Positions 20,581-32,566 of a stretch of DNA of 64,000 bases are shown here, in pieces (the first letter of the stretch is position 1; each line of letters starts with the position of its first letter). The DNA lies in the NCBI GenBank assembly GCA_963714275.1, contig CAVQNT010000002.1, positions 288,001 to 352,000 of the forward strand, read 5' to 3'. Both the position numbers and the translations under genes were made by a program. The stretch comes from Candidatus Bathyarchaeota archaeon. GTDB lineage: Archaea > Thermoproteota > Bathyarchaeia > Bathyarchaeales > DTEX01. The notes under the pieces are model-generated. The model was not told where the DNA came from. It made no database searches and saw only the letters and a program-made list of their open reading frames with translations.

Positions 20581-20727
20581 TCAGTCTGGTCTGATTTGTT
20601 CAACATCCGAAAATGCATTTGAACAACAAACAGCATCGTCTTAGACCCGTCTGATTTTTGTAACAACAGGTTTTCAATTTTATGTAACACTCAGAGTTGT
20701 CTTAGACCTGTCTTGTTTTGTGTGACA
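20581..20727. repeat. Three degenerate ~25-bp direct repeats with ~60-bp period
   Basis: T(C/T)AG.C..GTCT..TTT...ACA at 20581, 20641 and 20702. Confidence 0.55.
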
Positions 20728-20863
20728 TTGGAGTTTTTCGTTTGCGAGGTAATAGTCATTGTCCGTGAAGACCTTTTTGATTTACGGCGTACCTGTCCTG
20801 TTAGTGGCTAGCTTTTTTCGTAAAAGCACGCGCGCTTGCCCATTCTCGTTTCCATCTAGGAGT

Positions 20864-21499
20864 TTAGCTCTCGCTCCATATGAAGCTGCATTTCTGGCAT
20901 TGATATTGTTTATAATCGCTCCAATCCTTGGAGTCGAACAGTAAGACAACACCTTCATTAGAGTACTTGCATTTCTCGCATCCAAACTGCCAAAGGGCTT
21001 TGTCCAGTGTTCTTCTAGTGATGCCAAAGGGCTTGAAGTTATCAACAATGTCTCCGCACACTTTGTTATAGTACTCATAGTACTCGAAGGTGTCTTTCAG
21101 CTCACCATCAATTAAGTGGTTGATCTGCAGAGTCTTCCAAGCATATCTATCCATGACAGAGTATTTGTCTTGGAAGCAGAACCAAAGGATGGCTGACGCC
21201 ATTCTGACGTTTACTCCGTTCAAGATCCTCAACGCTTCAAGCCTGAGCCTCTCGTTATGAGTAGTTAGTGCTACCTGCGTAATGTCCTTCACGTCATTGT
21301 CGTTGTTAGCCTCTATGTACCCCATAATCATATGAGCTTTCCATTTCGCGATGTCCTTCAAAACAGCTAACGTTAGATGTGTTGGCGGGGAACCAATCTT
21401 CTTAAGCTCTGTGGAAATATCGCTCTCTAATTTTACTTCCTCTTGATGACGCCTATCATACACCTTAGCCCATTTATCAATCCAAGCTTTACTTAGCAC
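20864..21499 (-). CDS. Helix-hairpin-helix DNA glycosylase-like protein
   Basis: IAKWK..LRILNGVNVRMASAIL..YSVMDR..LDKALW. Confidence 0.6.
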   Translation of the reverse strand: MLSKAWIDKWAKVYDRRHQEEVKLESDISTELKKIGSPPTHLTLAVLKDIAKWKAHMIMGYIEANNDNDVKDITQVALTTHNERLRLEALRILNGVNVRMASAILWFCFQDKYSVMDRYAWKTLQINHLIDGELKDTFEYYEYYNKVCGDIVDNFKPFGITRRTLDKALWQFGCEKCKYSNEGVVLLFDSKDWSDYKQYQCQKCSFIWSES

Positions 21500-21875
21500 T
21501 GTACTTCACCCCAGTTAGGATGTCTAGCTCAGCCCCTTTAAAAAGTGTAATGAACTAGCAGACTGAATTCTTGGTTTATATTCTTAAAATATGTTTAGCT
21601 GAGCTAGCTAGCGCTAAATCGACCAATCGGTGTCTTAAGAGCAAGAAGTCATGAAGAAATTAGTCAGAAGCAGGCAGTTCAAATTGCCATCGTTTCCCTT
21701 GTAGTTATAGCCATTTTTGAGTTAGCTAATCTCATAGTCTTGATTCTGAAATGACTCTAGTCGTAGAATAAGGATGTATTTTAAATCAATATCTAGATTG
21801 TTCTGGATTATATGAGCTGAATCCTAGATTATAATAAATGGATGTATATTGATCATATTAAAGAAGGCAGGAACC

Positions 21876-23091
21876 ATGAAGCCTTTTAGCTTCGTTCACG
21901 TTGCGGACTTGCATTTGGGCTACGAGCAGTACAATTTGGCTACTCGCCGAGAGGACTTTGACCGAGTCTTCCACGAGGTTGTAGACAAGACCATTGAGCT
22001 GAAGCCCAGCTTCATGATAATTGCAGGAGACCTTTTTCATCAAGCTCGTCCTTCTAACGTGACGCTTGAGAATGCTGTTAAGAATTTTGCGAGGCTTAGG
22101 GACGCTAGCATTCCCGTGCTTGCTGTTGACGGGTCGCATGATGCTGCCCCGAACATGGTAACTGGAACGATTCTTAATCCCCTAGATAGCGCGAGCTTAA
22201 TCTACTATTTACCTAGACACGAAGGAGCATGCTGGGACAACGGAGACTGCTACGTGTATGGGATTCCGAACTATCGAACCCGTTTCCGCACAGAAGCTCA
22301 GCTGCCCGATTTCTATAAGTTGAATAGTCCACAACCGCGACAGGACGCCTTTAATGTCTTCGTTTTTCACATGGCTCTCGACATACCTGAAATCATGAAA
22401 GGCTTATCGTCGTACATGGCTGAGGCGTCGCCTGATTTTGTTCCCAGCGGGTTTGATTATTATGCGGGCGGTCACCTTCATGCGCCTTGGCAGTTTCCCT
22501 TCAAAAAATCATTGCTTGTCTATAGCGGGTCGACTGAAACGGTAAGCTCCGAAGACGCAACAACAGAAAAAGGATTCTACTATATTGAAGTTGAACAGAA
22601 GAATGAAATTGAAGTTTCAAGGATGAAGCTAGAGACGCCACGCTGTTTCAAAATTTTGGAAAACGACTACTCTGGGCAATTACCACAAAAAATTTCGGAA
22701 TTAGCAGTCTGAAATGGTGAAGGAAGCAGACGAACCCGGAGCCATCATTGTCCCAATACTGAAAGGAACATTGCCCATGGAATCCAGCAGAAGGCAGATT
22801 GACCTTTCGAAAATTAGGGGAGCAGCGGAAAAAGCTCTCTTAGTGCACGTTCTGGTTGCGATGAGGGAAATGGACATTCCTGAAGAAACCATACGTTCCA
22901 TCTTTGAGGGCGAAATGAAAGACCTGAAAACTAAGTCATTCGAGTATTTCCGCCAGTACTTTTCCCAAAGGTATAAGGAGTCTGACGTAGAAAGAAACGC
23001 TCACTTGGCTCTTGATTTAATTCAGCTTCTGGTTAAGGGAGACGAAGAAAAGGCATCTTCGCTTTTGGAGGAAGTCTCCAATGAAGATTGA
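21876..23091 (+). CDS. mre11: Mre11/SbcD nuclease; frameshift near 22710
   Basis: DLHLG, GDLFH, GSHD, GGHLH, YSGSTE; overlaps rad50 start. Confidence 0.88.
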
Positions 23092-25168
23092 AAGCGTTGA
23101 ACTTGAGAACATCAGAAGCCACACAAAAACCCGCATAGACTTCAGCGACGGCTTCAACAGCCTTGTAGGCGGGTTGGGGACAGGAAAATCCAGCATACTT
23201 TACGCCATCGACTTCGCGCTGTTTGGTGAACCCATCGGAAGAAGTTACGATTACCTGCTTAGGGAAGACGCTGACTTTGGCAAGGTGACCGTGAAATTCC
23301 TGAAAAACGGGAAGGAATATGTCATTCAAAGAGCCTTAAGAAGGCAGAACGACCGTATCAGCCAGGACATGGAGCAACTGAAGTTTCTGGAAGAAGGCAA
23401 AGTCACAGCTGAAATGAAAGGCGAAGCGGTTGCTGAGCAGCTTTTTTCTGTTACGGGATTTGATAGAGAAATTTTCAGGGAAATAATTTGGATACGCCAA
23501 GAACACTTGAAAGACGTTCTTAACATGACACCTACTGAGAGGCAAAAAAGGCTCGATCAGCTTTTCGGTCTCTCAGACTACGAAGTAGCGTGGACAAACC
23601 TGAGACCCGTCATCGCGGGGCTCGAAAAAGAATCAGGCATTCTACAACAGGATGCTGATGTTGTGGGAATCGGGGAGTTGACATCCAGACGAAACGACGC
23701 AGCCAAAGAGCTCGAAACGAACGAAAACGAGCTCACGGAAACCAAAACTAGACTTTTAGAAGCCGAAAAAGGGGTTCAACAAACGTTGGAACGACTGAAA
23801 AGTCTTGAAACTGTCCGGCGGACTAACGAGCAACTCCGCAGAGAAGAATCCAACCTTCAAGCGAAACTGTCAGGTGTTCAGCAGTCGTCCAGCAGACTGA
23901 ACGAGGAAATTGAGAAACGAACAAAAAAAGTTGAGGAGTCACAGAAACGTCTCGCCAACCTAAATTCGCAATTGAATTTATATAGGGAGAAATTGCGAGA
24001 GGTGGGGTTACCGCCTGAACTTACGGTTGAGCAGCTTCTGGATTACAAACAAACGTTGAAAGGCGAAATTACGGGAAATTTGGGTCGCGAAGAAAGCCTT
24101 AAAGGCGAAATTAGCAAGTCAACCCAGCGGATAACAAATCTCGTCAAAGAAAACACGTGCCCTCTGTGCCTTCAGGTTCTCAGCCCAGAATACAAGGAAA
24201 GCCTGATGCAGAGGTTGTACAATGAGATTTCTGACAACAAACAACAACTAGTAAATCTCGAAAACATAACTGAGAAACACGAAAACGTCCAAAACATCGT
24301 TGAAACAATAGTCTACAATTTTCAGACAACCCAGACTCGAACGGAAGAGATTTCTGGACAGATAGAAGACGAGAAAAAAACTTTGGTCGATGCTCAAAAC
24401 CGTCTTGAGCAAAGCCGAAACGACGAAAAAATGCTCGATGTTGAGCTAAAATTGCTTCGTTCAAAAATCAAAGAATTTGACATCTCCGAGTTGGAGAAGG
24501 CGCAGGAAGAAAACAAGGCTGCCTACGAATCGTTTTCAGACCTTAAACACAAAACGCAAATCAACGAAACCAACAAGCTTGAAATCCTCAAAAGGCTTCA
24601 GACCCTCGAAGAACGGTTAGAGATTGCTCAACAAAAAACGTCGAGGCTTGAGAAAGTCAAAAAAGTTGCATCACTCGCTCAGGAAATTCGGCAATCATAC
24701 CGAAGCATCCAGCCTAGATTAAGAGGCGAATTCATCAGATACCTTGAAAGAGTCGTACAGCAGTTTTTGGACGAATTGTCCGGAGCTGAAGGAACGGTGG
24801 TTTCTGTTAAGATTGATGAGGACTATACTCCGGTGATTGAGGGCGAAAAAGGCGTTGAAAGAAGCTCTTTGAACCTTTCAGGTGGCGAAAGGACGCTGTT
24901 GGCCTTTGCTTACCGTCTAGGTTTAGGTCAACTCATAATGCAGTGGAGGGTAGGTCACGGGCTTCCGATGCTTTTTTTGGACGAGCCGACTGAAAGCTTG
25001 GGAAGTGAAGACGGTTCAATAGACCGTTTGGCTGAGTCGCTTTCACAGCTGAAAACCGTTGAGCAAATCATCGCGGTGACCCACAGCGAGGCATTCGCGG
25101 AAAAAGCCGACCATGTCATAAGATTGGAGAAGCACGAAAACCGAAGCGTCATGTCCATAGAGCGATAA
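23081..25168 (+). CDS. rad50: Rad50/SbcC ATPase
   Basis: Walker A GTGKSS, coiled coil with CPLC hook, LSGGE signature, LDEPT, VTH. Confidence 0.9.
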   Translation: MKIESVELENIRSHTKTRIDFSDGFNSLVGGLGTGKSSILYAIDFALFGEPIGRSYDYLLREDADFGKVTVKFLKNGKEYVIQRALRRQNDRISQDMEQLKFLEEGKVTAEMKGEAVAEQLFSVTGFDREIFREIIWIRQEHLKDVLNMTPTERQKRLDQLFGLSDYEVAWTNLRPVIAGLEKESGILQQDADVVGIGELTSRRNDAAKELETNENELTETKTRLLEAEKGVQQTLERLKSLETVRRTNEQLRREESNLQAKLSGVQQSSSRLNEEIEKRTKKVEESQKRLANLNSQLNLYREKLREVGLPPELTVEQLLDYKQTLKGEITGNLGREESLKGEISKSTQRITNLVKENTCPLCLQVLSPEYKESLMQRLYNEISDNKQQLVNLENITEKHENVQNIVETIVYNFQTTQTRTEEISGQIEDEKKTLVDAQNRLEQSRNDEKMLDVELKLLRSKIKEFDISELEKAQEENKAAYESFSDLKHKTQINETNKLEILKRLQTLEERLEIAQQKTSRLEKVKKVASLAQEIRQSYRSIQPRLRGEFIRYLERVVQQFLDELSGAEGTVVSVKIDEDYTPVIEGEKGVERSSLNLSGGERTLLAFAYRLGLGQLIMQWRVGHGLPMLFLDEPTESLGSEDGSIDRLAESLSQLKTVEQIIAVTHSEAFAEKADHVIRLEKHENRSVMSIER

Positions 25169-25304
25169 GCTGCGAAATTTACGAACTATGTATAAAGTAT
25201 CTGTTGCGGTCATTTAGTCAACATGGGCAGGTACTGTGAAAAAATTCCTATATGCTATAAAAAGGGAACTTGGGTTCTAACTGCTTTTTTCTGTTACTCA
25301 GAAT

Positions 25305-28300
25305 TTACCAGTAGTTAAAGGGTAAGTTTTCCATGTATTCGTTGAGGGACTTTGTTACGGACTCTCCCGTGGCACGGTATTTGAGGACTTTTACGAGCGC
25401 TGACGCCAGCTCCAACGTGGTCACGATGGGTATGTTGAACTCAACCGCCAGCCTTCGGATTGTGTACTCGTCCTCCAGAATTTCGGATTTCACGCCAACG
25501 GAATTCGCGGATGGAATGTTGATGACAAGGTTCACTTTCCTTCCAAGCAAGTAATCAAGGATGTTAGGCTTTTTTTTCGCCTCCCTAACCTTATGCAGAA
25601 CCGTGACAGCATCTAGCCCAGCTCTCCTGAAAACGTCAGCCGTATGCTCAGTCGCATAGATGCTGAAGCCCAAATCCCTAAGTTTTCGAGCAAGAGGTAC
25701 AATTCTCTTTTTCATTTGTTCTCCGCCGACCGTGATGAGAACCGAGCTACCTTCTTTCGGCATCTCAAACTCAACCGACTGCAACGCCTTCAGCAAAGCG
25801 TCAGCAAAATTTTCACCGATACACGCAGCTTCACCCGTGCTTAGCATCTCAACACCCAAAATCGGGTCTGCGCCTGTCAGACGCATGAAACTGAACTGGG
25901 GAACTTTTATGCTCACGTGTGGGATTGGTTTTAGCTTAACGATTCCTACGTCGCGAAGTGTTTTGCCTAACATTATGGCGGTTGAAACCTCGATTAGGTT
26001 AACTCCCCTAGTTTTACTTACGTAAGGCAACGACCGCGAAGCACGAAGGTTGCATTCGATAACGGAGACTCCGCTATCTTTAACGAGGTATTGAATGTTG
26101 AAGGGACCCTTAATTTTTAAGGCTTTAGCGATTTCTCGCGAGTAGTCTTCAATCTTTTTCACTATGTTGTCACTCAAGTCTGTGTGGTGGAATACTCATG
26201 ACCGCGTCGCCGCTGTGTACGCCAGCTTGCTCAACATGCTCGATAACTGCGCCTATCAAAGTGTCCTCGCTGTCTGAAACACCATCTACTTCTACTTCTT
26301 TGGCTCCAGAAACAAACTTTGAAATCACAACAGGATGTTCGTGGGAAACCGTCGTCGCGAGCTCAAGGTAATCCCTTCAGCTCACTAACGTTCTGTGCAA
26401 TCCTCATCGCATAACCGGAGAGGACATAGCTCGGGCGGACCAAAATTGGATACCCTATTTCTTGTGCGAACATTTCAGCCTCTTTCAATGTTGTAAGCTT
26501 GCTCCACTTTGGCTGCGGAATTCCAAGACGGTCCAGTAGTGCGCTGAACTTCGACCTGTCTTCCGCTTGGTCTATGCTTTCGCTTGTTGTTCCAAGCAAT
26601 TTCACTCCAGATTTATCTAGCTTCAGAGCCAGATTATTCGGGATTTGCCCGCCGACGCTTCCTACTACGCCGAAGGGATTTTCTTTGTCGTAGATGTCGA
26701 GGATTCGTTCAAGCGTCAATTCCTCGAAATAAAGCTTGTCAGAAATGTCGTAATCCGTCGATACCGTTTCAGGGTTGTAGTTGACCATTATGGCCTCATC
26801 TATGCCCTGCTTTTTCAGAGCCCAAATCGTGTTGACTCCGCCCCAGTCGAACTCCACGCTTGAGCCGATTCTGAAGACTCCCGCGCCGAGAACCAACACC
26901 TTCTTCTTGTCAGAACCGAATTTTATGTCGTCCTCGTCGCCATGGTATGTTAGATAAAGGTAGTTTGTCTTAGCTGGCCACTCCGCTGCCAACGTATCAA
27001 TCTGTTTAATAACCGGGACAATGCCCTTACTCTTCCTAAAGTTTCTGACTTCCATCTCATCAATACCCAAACACTTGGCGATCTGGCTGTCCGAGAACCC
27101 TAAACACTTGGCTTCACGAATCAGTCTCAGCACCTCGTTCGCTGTCTATGTCTAAGGTTTTGAGCTTTCCTTCCATGTTGACGATGTTTTTAATTTTGTA
27201 AAGGAACCACGGGTCAATGCCTGTTAGCCTATAGATTCTTTTTATCGTGACTCCCATCTTTAGGGCGCGAATAATCTTGAAAAGCCTCTCGTCAGTCGGG
27301 TGCTCTAACCCATCAAGCACCGATTTGAGACTTTCAGATTCGCTGTTTCCGTTGCCCACAAGCCCGATTTTTCCGATGTCAAGCATCCTTACAGCCTTTT
27401 GCAGAGCCTCCTCGAAGTTTCTGCCGATCGCCATGACCTCGCCGACCGACTTCATCTGCGGACCAAGATGCGGGTCAACATTCCTGAACTTACGGAGGTC
27501 CCAGCGAGGAATCTTGACAACCAGATAGTCAAGCGCAGGCTCGAAACATGCGGTCGTTACGCCCGTGACCTTGTTTGTCAGTTCAGGCAGAAGGTAACCG
27601 ATAGACAGTTTAGCAGCGATGTACGCAAGTGGGTAGCCTGTTGCCTTGCTTGCGAGCGCTGACTCCTCGACATTCTGGCGTTAACTTCGATTGCACGGTA
27701 GTCTTCCGATTTTGGATACAGCGCCCACTGTATGTTGCATTCGCCGACTATGCCGAGGTTTTGGATTGCCTTGATGGAGGCTGAGCGGATAAGGTGGTAT
27801 TCACGGTTCGTCAGCGTCTGCGAAGGCGCGATGACGATAGAGTCGCCCGTGTGAATGCCCATCGGGTCAAAGTTTTCCATGTTGCAGACAGTCAGGCAGT
27901 TGTTCTGGTAGTCCCGCATGACTTCATACTCGATTTCTTTCCATTTCCCAATGTATTCTTCGACCAGAACCTGCGTGATCATGCTTTGTGCAAGCGCCCT
28001 GGTTACAATATCTATAAACTCCCGCTTGTTGTGGGCTACACCGGAACCTTTCCCTCCAAGTGTGTATGCGACTCGCAAAATAACGGGGTAACCAAGGTCC
28101 TCAGCAATCTGTAAGGCTTGCTCCACCGAGGTCGCTGAATTGCTTTTAGGTATAGGAATGTCGGCGCTGATCATGGCTCTTCTGAAAAGTTCTCTGTCCT
28201 CAGTGTCCTCGATGGCTTTAATCGGCGTTCCCAGAACCTTAACATCGTATTTCTCGAGTATGCCCGATTGCGCGAGCTTCACGCCACAGTTCAGAGCAGT

Positions 28301-28579
28301 TTGACCGCCAAAACCAAGCAGGATTCCGTCTGGTTTTTCTTTAGCAATGACCTTTTCGACGTATTCTGGGATTACGGGCAGTAGGTAAACTCTGCCAGCC
28401 AGCCTTGGGTCAGTCTGGATAGTTGCGATGTTCGGATTTATGAGGACAGTTTCTATGCCTTCCTCTCTTAGAGCCTTGAGGCACTGGCTTCCTGAATAGT
28501 CGAATTCTGCTGCTTCGCCGATTTTTATCGGTCCACTCCCGAGAACTATGATTTTTTTGACCCAGTCGAACTTCGGCAC
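25305..28579 (-). CDS. carB: Carbamoyl-phosphate synthase large subunit; several frameshifts
   Basis: [49 protein letters not shown] and MGS domain spread over consecutive ORF pieces. Confidence 0.95.
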
Positions 28580-28584
28580 GCCAG

Positions 28585-29730
28585 TCACCCCATGTTCTCC
28601 ATGAACTTGTCGAAAAGAAACTCCGTGTCGTAGGGTCCCGGAGAAGCCTCTGGATGCCACTGCACGGCGAAGGTTTTTCCGTCTTTATGTTTTATGCCTT
28701 CAACCGTCTGGTCGTTAGCGTTGATGAACCAAACTTCAAGGTCGGTGCCCTTCAGGGAATCAGCGTTCGTCGCGAACCCGTGATTCTGGGTCGTAATGTA
28801 ACATCTGCGGGTCTCAAGATCGTAGGCAGGCTGGTTCTGCGACCTGTGACCGTACTTCAGCTTGTACGTATCGCTGCCCAGAGCCAGCGAAAGAATCTGG
28901 TTCCCGAGGCATATCCCCATCATTGGAACGCCCTCTTCAACGAGACATTTCGCAGTCTCAATAGACGTCTTTGGCAAGAATTTCGGGTCACCCGGACCAT
29001 TGCATAATACTATACCGTCAGGCTCAAATCCCATGACTTCATCAGCGGAAAAAATGTGGGGTACACGGATGACATCGACCTTACGTTTCAAGAGGTCTCT
29101 CAAGATTCCAGCTTTTACGCCATAGTCTATTAGTACGACTTTTTTCTTTCCATCGTTCTCATAATAGATGGGCTTTTTGATCGAAACTTCGCCAGTCAGG
29201 TCTCTCAGGTTCGGGTCGGGAATATGTTTAGCTTCATCAAGTATCTCATTAACATCTGGTTTTTTGCTCTTCGGGAACACCGTAAGAATGCCAAGCATAA
29301 CTCCCTTTTCTCTAAGTTTCTTCGTAAGGCTCCTAGTGTCAATACCGTATATGCCCGGAATTTTCTCACTCTTAAGCCACTGGTCAAGAGTTCGTTCAGA
29401 CGCCCAATGATACGGTTTCAGGCAAAGTTCCTGAATGACCAGCCCAGATACCTTTATTCCTATGGATTCAAAATGTATGGGAAGCCCGAACTTGTCGCCT
29501 CCGTAAGCTGGGACTCCGTAATTTCCAACTAAAGGATATGTTAAAGTTAAAATCTGTCCACGGTACGACGCATCGGTCAGAGATTCGGGGTATCCCACCA
29601 TGGAGGTTGAGAAAACAACTTCTCCAGAAACTTTGCGTGGTGCCCCAAACCCTTTACCGATGAAAAGCGTTCCATCTTCAAGAACGAGCGCAGCGTCTCC
29701 GACTTTTTGAGGGCGTGTTTCGGTTTCCAA
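28585..29730 (-). CDS. carA: Carbamoyl-phosphate synthase small subunit
   Basis: GEVVFSTSMVGY, NGPGDP, GICLG, QWHPEASPGP. Confidence 0.97.
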   Translation of the reverse strand: METETRPQKVGDAALVLEDGTLFIGKGFGAPRKVSGEVVFSTSMVGYPESLTDASYRGQILTLTYPLVGNYGVPAYGGDKFGLPIHFESIGIKVSGLVIQELCLKPYHWASERTLDQWLKSEKIPGIYGIDTRSLTKKLREKGVMLGILTVFPKSKKPDVNEILDEAKHIPDPNLRDLTGEVSIKKPIYYENDGKKKVVLIDYGVKAGILRDLLKRKVDVIRVPHIFSADEVMGFEPDGIVLCNGPGDPKFLPKTSIETAKCLVEEGVPMMGICLGNQILSLALGSDTYKLKYGHRSQNQPAYDLETRRCYITTQNHGFATNADSLKGTDLEVWFINANDQTVEGIKHKDGKTFAVQWHPEASPGPYDTEFLFDKFMENMG

Positions 29731-29778
29731 TCGACCCTTCCCCAGCCAAATTAGGAACCGAAATTTAAGCGTTGTGGT

Positions 29779-31267
29779 TTAGATTGCTTGATTATTATTT
29801 AAGATTGCCTGGATGCTGGAATTTAATATTTCGTTGGCTTTGACAATTCTCGCCTTTTTTTCTGAAATCCAAATCCTCGATTCAGTCATCTTTTTAATTC
29901 GCAAAGTCATCATTCTTTTCACTTCTTTTGGAGAAGGTCCACCTCTTGTGCTATAGGATTCGATGACAAGTGACGGTTCGGTGCTTTCGCGTATTTCCTG
30001 TTCTTTCACTTTAAGCGAATAGCCAAGATTCTTTTTTGAGGTTTCCATAATTAGTTTAGGCGTTATATCTCGAAGAGACTTGCCTTCTCTGAGTAAAGTT
30101 TTGACAATCGAGCCGACAATCGTATGAGAACCCCTAAACGGGATATTGTAGTTCCGAACAAGCATGTTAGCGAGTTCAGTTGCCATCAAAAACGTTAAAG
30201 CAGGTTTCTCAAGCACGTTCTTTGTCACTTTAAGGTTCGGAATTAAATTAGCAAGCATCGTTAAGCAATTCTTTACGGTTTCCAAAGAGTCCCAAAGCTT
30301 CGGTGTTACCTCTTGGAAATCCATGTTATACGTTGATGGAAGCGCCATAAGAGTCGTTGTTGAGCCTGTGAGATTCCCTAATATTAAGTCTCATTCGAGA
30401 TCGCACCACTTCTAGAACATCGGGATTCTTCTTTTGTGGCATTATGCTGCTTGTGAAGGTGAACTCGTCGGGTAGTTCAATCATCCCAAACTCCATTGTG
30501 CTCCAAATTTCCAGATCCTCGACAAAACGTGTAACGTCAACCGCAAGGATTGTTAGGTTAGCCAGAGTTTCAAGTAGGAAATCTCGTGAAGTTACGGCGT
30601 CAACCGAATTTTCAAGAACCTCTCTAAACCCGAGCAGGTTAGCCACTCTTTCTCTGCTTATCTGGAAGCTGGTCGTTGCCAATGCGCACGCTCCCATAGG
30701 GCAAAGGTCAACACGCTTGTAACCTTCTTCAATACGTTCTATGGATCTCTGAAGGGCGTCAAATTGTGCGACAAGATAGTGGGCGAAGGTTACGGGTTGA
30801 GCTGGTTGAAGATGGGTGTATCCCGGAATAATAGTTTCAATGTGTTTTTTTGCTTGCTGAAGCAAAGCTTCCTGCAACTCAATTACTGTTTCCACGGAAT
30901 CAACGATTTTGTCTCGAGACTCCATCCTAATGGCGGCGGAGACTTGGTCGTTTCGGCTCTTAGCCAAATTCAGGTTTCCGCCAATGTCCTGTCCCGTGGC
31001 TTTGATGACCTCTTCTTCGACCGCTATGTGACCATCTTCCATGTCTGGAGAAAGTTTAATCTTACCTTCAAGGTTAGTCAGTGCCCCTAAGATTTTGCTG
31101 CCTTCGTTCTTGTCGATGATTTTGTTTTCGACAAGCATCACAACGTGGGCTTTGTTGATGTCGGTTATGTGTTTCAAGATTTTTTTGTCAATGAGGGCGG
31201 AGGAAGTGAACTTCACAACGTCCTTTCTAGCAGAAGACAGCCGTCCTTTCCTCAACAATTCAGACAT
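29779..31267 (-). CDS. argH: Argininosuccinate lyase; frameshift near 30380
   Basis: [33 protein letters not shown]. Confidence 0.95.
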
Positions 31268-32474
31268 TCTTTTTCGCCGTTGACTTTCTCTTTAGGGCAT
31301 TAGCCACCCTTGTCTGCAGTCCCCACAGTTCGATGAATCCTGCTGAAGAAGACTGGTTGAAGGTTGACTTAATGTTATACGTTGCCAAATCCGTGTCGTA
31401 CAGTGACATTGGCGAAGATCGACCTACGATCCGAAGCCCACCCTTGTAAAGTTTCAGTCTTACCTTTCCGTTGACATGTTTCTGTGTCGACTCAATGAAG
31501 GCGTCAAGGTCCTCTTTAAGCGGGTCATTCCACAATCCCGTATAGACAAGGTTAGACCACAACACATCCACCTGTTGCTTGAACGAAAATTCGTGTCTTG
31601 TCAGTACAAGCTTTTCGAGGTCTTTATGCGCCTCAATGATGACGGTGGCTGCGGGGCATTCGTAAACTTCGCGCGACTTGATTCCTACTAATCGGTCCTC
31701 TATGTGGTCGATACGTCCGACGCCGTTGCGTCCAGCAGCCTCGTTGACGTAATCAATTAACGCCAAAGGTTTCATTGTTTTATTATTGACTGCTTTCGGG
31801 ACGCCGTTCTCGAACTCTAATGTCAAGTATTCAGGCTTGTCAGGCGCCTTTTCGGGAGAGGTGGTCCATTCGAATATGTCTTCAGGCGGTTCTATGTCGG
31901 GGTTTTCGAGGATTCCGCACTCTACGGAACGTCCCCAAAGGTTCTGGTCGACACTGTAGGGTTTTTCAACACTAACCGGGACTGGGATTCCGTGTTGTTT
32001 GGCGAACTCGATCTCTGCGTCTCGGGTCATCTTCCACTCTCGAACGGGCGCTATCACGGATATTTCTGGGGCGAGAGCTTTCGCTGTGACCTCTATTCGA
32101 ACTTGGTCGTTTCCTTTCCCCGTGCAGCCATGTGCGATGGCGTCAGCGCCCTCTTTTTCTGCGATTTTAACCAGTTTCTCAGCGATCAACGGTCGTGAAA
32201 GAGCGGTGCTTACTGGATACTTCTCCTCATACAAAGCGTTGGCTTTGATGGCTGGAAAAACGTATTTTTCAACGAATTCTTGTTTTGTGTCCAAAGAATA
32301 ATGGTTTATGACGCCAAGTTTCTTCGCTTTTTCTTCGATTGCGTCCAAGTCCTCTTTTTGTCCCACATCTAACGTGACCGTAACGACATCTGCTTCGTAT
32401 TTTTCTTGAAGCCATTTCAGAAGAACCGATGTGTCCAAGCCACCCGAATAAGCTAAAACTATTTTTCTACGCAT
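31260..32474 (-). CDS. argG: Argininosuccinate synthase
   Basis: [34 protein letters not shown]. Confidence 0.98.
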   Translation of the reverse strand: MRRKIVLAYSGGLDTSVLLKWLQEKYEADVVTVTLDVGQKEDLDAIEEKAKKLGVINHYSLDTKQEFVEKYVFPAIKANALYEEKYPVSTALSRPLIAEKLVKIAEKEGADAIAHGCTGKGNDQVRIEVTAKALAPEISVIAPVREWKMTRDAEIEFAKQHGIPVPVSVEKPYSVDQNLWGRSVECGILENPDIEPPEDIFEWTTSPEKAPDKPEYLTLEFENGVPKAVNNKTMKPLALIDYVNEAAGRNGVGRIDHIEDRLVGIKSREVYECPAATVIIEAHKDLEKLVLTRHEFSFKQQVDVLWSNLVYTGLWNDPLKEDLDAFIESTQKHVNGKVRLKLYKGGLRIVGRSSPMSLYDTDLATYNIKSTFNQSSSAGFIELWGLQTRVANALKRKSTAKKNV

Positions 32475-32566
32475 TTTTTCGTCTCCAGTTTTTATGATGA
32501 AACTACGAAATTCTTATATATACTTTTTGGTCAATATATGTCAAAAATTATATGAGATGACCGAAA

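Noticed and set aside
20581-20727. CRISPR array
   Set aside because: Only three poorly conserved repeats and no cas genes; kept as a degenerate repeat.
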